Below, piece after piece: positions 56,801 to 64,000 of a stretch of DNA of 64,000 nucleotides (positions are counted from its first letter, which is position 1; each line of letters starts with the position of its first letter). Where the stretch lies: positions 15,376,001-15,440,000 of the forward strand of contig OZ024761.1 in NCBI GenBank assembly GCA_964016885.1, in the 5' to 3' direction. The translations under genes and the position numbers were made by a program. Below the pieces are notes generated by a model. The model saw only the letters and a program-made list of their open reading frames with translations. It searched no databases and was not told the origin of the DNA. The stretch is from Eledone cirrhosa. Lineage: Eukaryota.

Positions 56801-57920
56801 GCCACCATTTTCTCATAATAGTAAGAGATGGGGGAGAGCAGGAGATATGGAGACAGTGACACTGCGCGTTTGGTTCTTCTGTGTTCAGACCTGGTGTATA
56901 TGTATATGTTTCACGTATCTACTCTTATAAAGTAAGAAGTGAGGAACTTCAGTTGCTCATGTCACAGCTACTGTAAAATGGCTGTCTTTTTCTACCAACA
57001 TCTGTGACTCCATCTTGTCTAGATAGAATATGTTTTTGCTGTATTTGCTCTGCCTCTCTGCGCTCTCAGAGTTGAAATCCCGCTGTTGTGTTCTGACCTG
57101 GAGAAAGGATGGTGCCTGCCAGAGTTTTGTAAAATGACCAAAATGAACCCTATGTTATACAGCGCACCCACCACCACCACCACCACCACCACCACCTAAT
57201 CCCAACCCTATCCATAACAACCTAATCATAACCTTAACTCCAACCTTTAAAAAGCCTAGCCCTAATCCTAAACCTAATAAACATCAAACCAAATCCTAAC
57301 GAATCCCCAACTCAGACCCACCACCACCACCAACACCACCACCAATACCAACACCAACATCAACATCAACAACAACAACATCATAAAGGTGATAAATGAC
57401 AGAAGTAACACATCAACAAGCTACAATGGAAACGGCAGAGATTGAGAGAAGAAAGACATTGGTTGTCGTAGAAAACTGCTGGGAAACTACAGCAGCAGTA
57501 ACAACAACAACAATAACAACGACAGTAACAATAACAACAACAACAACAACAACAACAGTAACAATAACAACAACAACAGTAACAATAACAACAAAAATAA
57601 TAACGACAGCAGCAACAACAACAAAAATAATAACGACACCAGCAACAACAACAATAACAACGACGACAGCAGTAACAACAACAACAACAATAACAGCAGC
57701 AGCAATAAAAACAATGACAACAGCAACAACAATAACAATAACAACGACAGTAGCAGCGACAACAACAACAACAGTAGCAGCAACATCAAACAACAGTAAC
57801 AACAACAACGATATATATATATATATATATATGTGTGTGTATGTGTGAGTGTGTGTTTGTGAGTGTAAATAAATAGTAATTATATAATACTGTTGTACGT
57901 ACATATACAGCCACACACAC

Positions 57921-57980
<60 letters not shown>

Positions 57981-58049
57981 GGGGGGGGGGAGAGAGATTT
58001 AACTTTGATAGGTTTCAGCCAGTATTGGCCCAGGCCGTGTCTAACTTAA

Positions 58050-58495
58050 TAGTAGCACTTGCCTAAGTCTTATCAATCATGATTTGGACACCATGGCTCA
58101 CCCGAGTAAAGAGATATTGTTTTTGGAGACTTATCCTGGTGTAGGAGGTTTATCCAGAATTTCTTGGGGGAAATTGTCCAAAGACATTTTGAATTTTATG
58201 GAGTCTGTTTCTGTTTTTATGTGTTTTCGTGTAATGCTAAAGAGAGCGAAACCAGTTGAGATGAAATAATTCTGCCGCAATGCTGTTATGATATGCGAGT
58301 TTGATTTTTGTTGTGAGCGGATAGTACAGAGCCCAAGCCTTAAGTGTACTTTAAAGGTGATGCCAACATCATTTGAGCAATGCTGATGGAATATTTTCCA
58401 CATCATACAGATAATGTAGCGCTCACTGCGGCGTTGGAAAGAATAAAGTTTGAGCTTTTCCAGTCGACCCCAATAGTGAAGGCTTGTCATTCATA
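58050..58495 (-). mobile_element. CR1/L2-group LINE 3' fragment
   Basis: LHYWGRLEKLKLYSFQRRSERYIICMMWKI...FKMSLDNF...DKP. Confidence 0.75.
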
Positions 58496-58542
58496 CCGTC
58501 TATCGTTTTTGCATCCAACCAACCCTCGTATATATATATATA

Positions 58543-58740
58543 TAGGAAAAAGTATGACCTCGACGGCAGAGCTCAAGCCGTTTCGACGGCTATTTCTGGA
58601 CTATTTCCAGAAATAGCGGTCGAAACGGCTTGAGCTCTGCCGTCGAGGTCATACTTTTTCCTATTTCCCACTCTACTACCCTAAGTATTGAGTACTCTGG
58701 TGCGTTATGGTCCATCTGGTTCCTTACCACAATTCCTTTG

Positions 58741-58780
<40 letters not shown>

Positions 58781-58970
58781 CGAAGGAAGTGTGGTAAGGA
58801 ACCAGGTGGACCATAACGCAATAGAGTACTCGATACTATGGGCAGTGGAGTGGGTAATAGAGAAATAGTCGGGACCCCGACGGCTGAGCTCCGACCGTTT
58901 CGACAGTTATTTTTGAAATAGCCGTCGAAACGGCCGGAGCTCAGCCGTCGGGGTCCCGACTCTTTTCCTA
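58543..58970. mobile_element. Two tail-to-tail copies of the GAAACGGC..GAGCTC..GCCGTCGGGGTC fold-back family (also 19166-19265, 19343-19520, 46623-46732, 49687-49745, 60938-61121)
   Basis: Shared 3' tail ...GGTTCCTTACCACANTTCCTTCGT(TA)n and 5' inverted duplication. Confidence 0.75.
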
Positions 58971-58974
58971 TATG

Positions 58975-59005
<31 letters not shown>

Positions 59006-59100
59006 AGATCTGCATATATATATACATGTGCGTGTGTGTGTATGTCTGCATATATATATATGTGTGTATGTGTGTGTGTGTGTGTACATATGTATGTATG

Positions 59101-60145
59101 TTCTCTCTTTCTCTTAATTTCGAGTATATTTTTTGCCGGCCATCTTCCTGGTGGCAAGGTTGTAAAAGAAAAGAAATTGTCATCCCTTGAATCGCAAGAA
59201 TGTTTTGCAAATTTTGAAGGTGCCAGCTATCGCAGCCATTTGTAGACTATGAATTAGGGAGCTGCGCTTTTTGTCCGCAAATCCAAGTTCAGTCATACTA
59301 TGGTCCAAGCGGGTTGGTATATAACCCGTAGCTCCAATAATGATGGGTATGAAGCTAAAGGTGTATCTTGGATACTGGATTTGTAAACTCCTCATCAATG
59401 GTCCGTAAATGTTCTCCTTCTCCTGTATGTTTCTGACAACGTTTACATCAAGTGGGCAGCTGATCTCCACAACAGAACACGTTTTCAATGTGTGGTCCCA
59501 AACAACAATATCAGGCCGGTTGTGCTTTAATTTGGTGGCAGTTTTTATTTTCAGGTTCCACCAGTATTCTTTAGTGCCATCTGTCTCAATATATTCTTCC
59601 TCGTTTGTTGTTAATTTTGTTTTCCGAAGTGCGTTCCAGATGGTTCTAGCTATCCCATCGTGTCTCATGGGAAGGTAGTAGCGAGATGACATTCTTTCGC
59701 AGCTAGCAACAATGTGGCTTGCATCTTCGATCTTTGTTTTACATAGCCTACATTTATTGTCAGCTGATGGCCCTCCTCTTTTGTGCAGCAGATATTTGGT
59801 AGGGAGTTCTTGTTCCTGTATTGCATAGAGATATCCCTCAGGGTGTGATGTCATAAACTTGTCGGAACTCCATGCCAGGCTTTTTGAGTGGTTTATCCCC
59901 TCTATGGTCTGTGTTTTACATCTCAAGTATCCATGCACAACTTTTTTTGTAAATTGGTCAATTTTTTCATCTTGTTGGAACATTGAATAGGATCTTCCGA
60001 TTTCTCTGGGTGAGAGGTTTATATCAGGCTTTATTCCATATCTCTCCTCCAGATCAGTGGCTATCCTAATGATATTTTTTTTTTCATGCTCATAAACCTG
60101 GGCAAGATGGTTGCCAACCTTTTTCCTCTGTTGAAGATGTTGCTT
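59101..60145 (-). mobile_element. 5'-truncated non-LTR retrotransposon with restriction-like endonuclease (R4/Dong-like)
   Basis: About 320 open codons: [14 protein letters not shown] knuckle CRLC-x7-H-x4-C, RHD, RPDIVV...VVEISCP...K; stop at 59180; candidate TSD CATATGTATGTATG. Confidence 0.9.
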
Positions 60146-60679
60146 CATATGTATGTATGCATATATGTTTATATGTAAATATGTACATATGTATGTATGT
60201 ATATATGTATATATGTAAATATGTACATATGTATGTATGTATATATGTATATATGTATTTATGTATGTATTTATGCATATATGTATGTATGCATATATGT
60301 ATGTATATATATATGTAAATATGTACATATGTATGTATATATGTATATATGTATGTATGTATATATGTATGTATATATATATGTAAATATGTATATATGT
60401 ATGTATATATATATGTAAATATGTATATATGTATGTATGTATATATATGTAAATATGTATATATATATATATGTAAATATGTATATATATATATATATAT
60501 GTAAATATGTATATATGTATGTATGTATATATGTAGAGGATGTTCAAATTACAATGCCGTTTGTTGAGTTACAAAATATGTAAAGCAAACGAAGCAACAG
60601 AATCTATTCTTTCATCGTTTATTTACTTTTGGGTGGAATCAACAAGAGAATACTACTCCAAATACGACAGACTGTATAT

Positions 60680-60738
<59 letters not shown>

Positions 60739-62420
60739 GTATGTATGTGTGTGTATGTGTGTAGCGTGTGTGCACGCGCATACACGTATACTATAGGTAT
60801 TTATACATATACCTATACGCATACTTTAGACATTCGTATATATATATATATAATATATATATGCATATATGTATATATATATATATACGCATTTATATAT
60901 ATATATATACATACGCATTTATATATATATATATATATAACGAAGGAACTGTGGTAAGGAACCAGATGGGCCATAACGCACAAGAGTACTCAATACTTAG
61001 GGTAGTAGAGTGGGTAACAGGAAAAAGTATGACCCCGACGGCAGAGCTCAAGCCGTTTCGACGGCTATTTCTGGAGCAGAAATAGCCGTCGAAACGGCTT
61101 GAGCTCTGCCGTCGGGGTCATGCATATATATATATGTGTGTGTGTGTATGTCTGCATTTATATATATTAGTAACTTAGAATTAGTAACTTAAGAAGCCAT
61201 ATCCAATAATAACAAGGGTAAACTAGACTTATCTAAATACTTAACAACATCGGCCTATCCCACTAACAACTACACCACCACCACCACCACCAGCACTACC
61301 AACACCACCAACTACACCACCACCACCAGCACTACCAACACCACCAACTACACCACCACCACCAGCACTACCAACAGCACCAACAACTACACCACCACCA
61401 CCAGCACTACCAACACCACCACCAGCACTACCAACAGCACCACCAACAACACCACCACCAGCACTACCAACACCACCACCAGCACTACCAACACCAACAC
61501 CACCACCACCACTATCACCACCACCACCGCTACCACCACCACCACCACTATCTCTATCACCACCACCACCGCTATCACCACCACCGCTATCACCACCACC
61601 ACTATCTCTATCACCACCACCACCACCACTATCACCACCACCACCACTATCTCTATCACCACCACAACCACCACCACTATCTCTATCACCACCACCACCA
61701 CTATCACCACCACCGCTATCACCACCAGCACCACCACTATCTCTATCACCACCACCACCACTATCACCACCACCGCTATCACCACCACCACTATCACCAC
61801 CACCGCTATCACCACCACCACCACCACTATCTCTATCACCACCACCACCACCACTATCACCACCACGACCACTATCACCACCACCACCACCACCACTATC
61901 TCTATCACCACCACCACCACCACCACTATCTCTATCACCACCACCACCACCACCGCTACCACCACCACCACCACCACTATCTCTATCACCACCACCACCA
62001 CCACCACTATCTCTATCACCACCACCACCACCACCGCTACCACCACCACCACCACCACTATCTCTATCACCACCACCACCACCACTATCACCACCACGAC
62101 CACTATCACCACCACCACCACCACTATCTCTATCACCACCACCACCACCACCACTATCACCACCACCACCAGCACCGCTATCACCACCACCACCACCACG
62201 ACCACCACCACTATCTCTATCACCACCACCACCACCACTATCTCTATCACCACCACCACCACCACTATCTCTATCACCACCACCACCACCACCACCATCA
62301 TCTATTTCACGTCACATCTCAACTTTAGTTCAACTCCTGAAAACACAATATTACCGTATCGAATGTTTTTTTATGTTAATTTATAATAGACTTCATTACT
62401 ACACACACACACACACACAT

Positions 62421-62581
<161 letters not shown>

Positions 62582-62720
62582 ACTATATAAATGCATATTC
62601 ATATACACGCACACATTCATATGTTCTTGCATATATGAATGTGCGTAAAGATTCAGTTGTCCTTAAATGTGTGTTTCTGTGAATACACATTATACGTGTT
62701 CATTGTTATATACATACGTA

Positions 62721-62756
<36 letters not shown>

Positions 62757-63372
62757 CATACATATATACATACATATATATATATATATACAATACATAT
62801 ATATACATACATATTATACACATATATATGTATATATGTATGTAAGTATGTTTCATACAGCTAAATTGCTGACTCGACTCTACCAAAGATGGGAGTGTGT
62901 GATAAAAAAGGCTTTTAGCATTTGCCCAATGTCAGGCAGATACCATTCTATACGTGCGCGAGTGTATGTGTGTGTGTGTGTGTGTCTGTGCATGTGTGTG
63001 TATGCATGCGCGAGCGTGTGCTCGAGTGTATGTGTGTCTGTGTCTGTGTGTGTGAGTCTGTGCATGTGTGTTTGTGTATACGTGTATGTGTGTGTGTGTC
63101 TGTGTGAGTGCATGTGTGTTTGTGTGTGTGTGTATGCTTGCGTGTGTGTGTATATGTACAAATACACATATATACAGTGGAACTTCTTATTGTGTGATCT
63201 CTTTGGGACGATAACAATAACCAACTTCCATTGCGTACACACACAGATACATCTTACACATACACACACATTATATATATATATATATATATATGACAAG
63301 ACACTGATGCAGAAACAGTCTTATTAGTATATATAAATATATATATATATATATATACATACATATATACAA

Positions 63373-63415
<43 letters not shown>

Positions 63416-63436
63416 CATACATATACATATATACAA

Positions 63437-63471
<35 letters not shown>

Positions 63472-63574
63472 CATTCATGTGTGTGATTTCATCCATCACT
63501 AATTAATTATAAATGCATGTATACATACAATCAAAGACATACGGGCATAAAACACACACACACACACACATATA

Positions 63575-63616
<42 letters not shown>

Positions 63617-63967
63617 CAAAGACATACACACGCCTGAGCACGTACTAATGTCTGCGTCTGTCTGTGTGTATGTGTGTGTCAGTGTGTGTCTGTGAGTGTG
63701 TGTGTGTGTGTAAAGGTAGCTTTAACATAAGGACGTGCAAAACCAGCAGCAGAGGAGAAGGGGGAGTAGCTGGAGGAGTAGGAGAGTGACAGTGATAGTG
63801 GGGGGGGACTGTTACTTCCCCCTCCCTTGTATTTGTGATGGTGGAGGCGATGGCGGTGGTTATATATTTCGGTGGAAGAGGTAATGGAATCCAACCCCAG
63901 CAACCAGTGACACTTGTTCCACTGGGGCGTTTATATATATATATATATGTATATATATACACTACTG

Positions 63968-64000
<33 letters not shown>

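Noticed and set aside
57190-57300. Interstitial telomere (CCCTAA)n
   Set aside because: Highly degenerate and short; more likely part of a repeat element
60146-60547. N-terminal 130 aa of ORF 59180..60547
   Set aside because: Read-through into a (TATG)n microsatellite; the element is 5'-truncated at about 60145

Overview
Eukaryotic, extremely microsatellite-rich DNA. The SINE/LINE repertoire and the (TA)n/(CA)n/(GGT)n load point to an octopod cephalopod (inference). Almost all supplied ORFs are translations of simple repeats. One real host gene was assembled by hand: a 4-exon, 197-aa secreted protein (5888-20072, +) with two chitin-binding type-2 (CBM14/peritrophin-A) domains and a Gly-rich tail. 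The rest is transposon debris (tRNA-derived SINEs; RTE, Tx1, CR1/L2, CRE and R4/Dong-like LINE pieces; Tc1 and hAT elements), a 40-bp satellite running into a 200-N gap, and many short non-coding elements sitting in (TA)n tracts, often as fold-back palindromes. These carry about a dozen hammerhead-ribozyme motifs from several families, as expected for Penelope-like pLTR or retrozyme remnants. The most striking signal is a two-copy, covarying RNA motif (23851-23921 +, 41796-41866 -). It contains all three hammerhead core strands in a non-circularly permuted, pseudoknotted order, with a kink-turn in stem III. All RNA structures were paired by eye; no activity is demonstrated.
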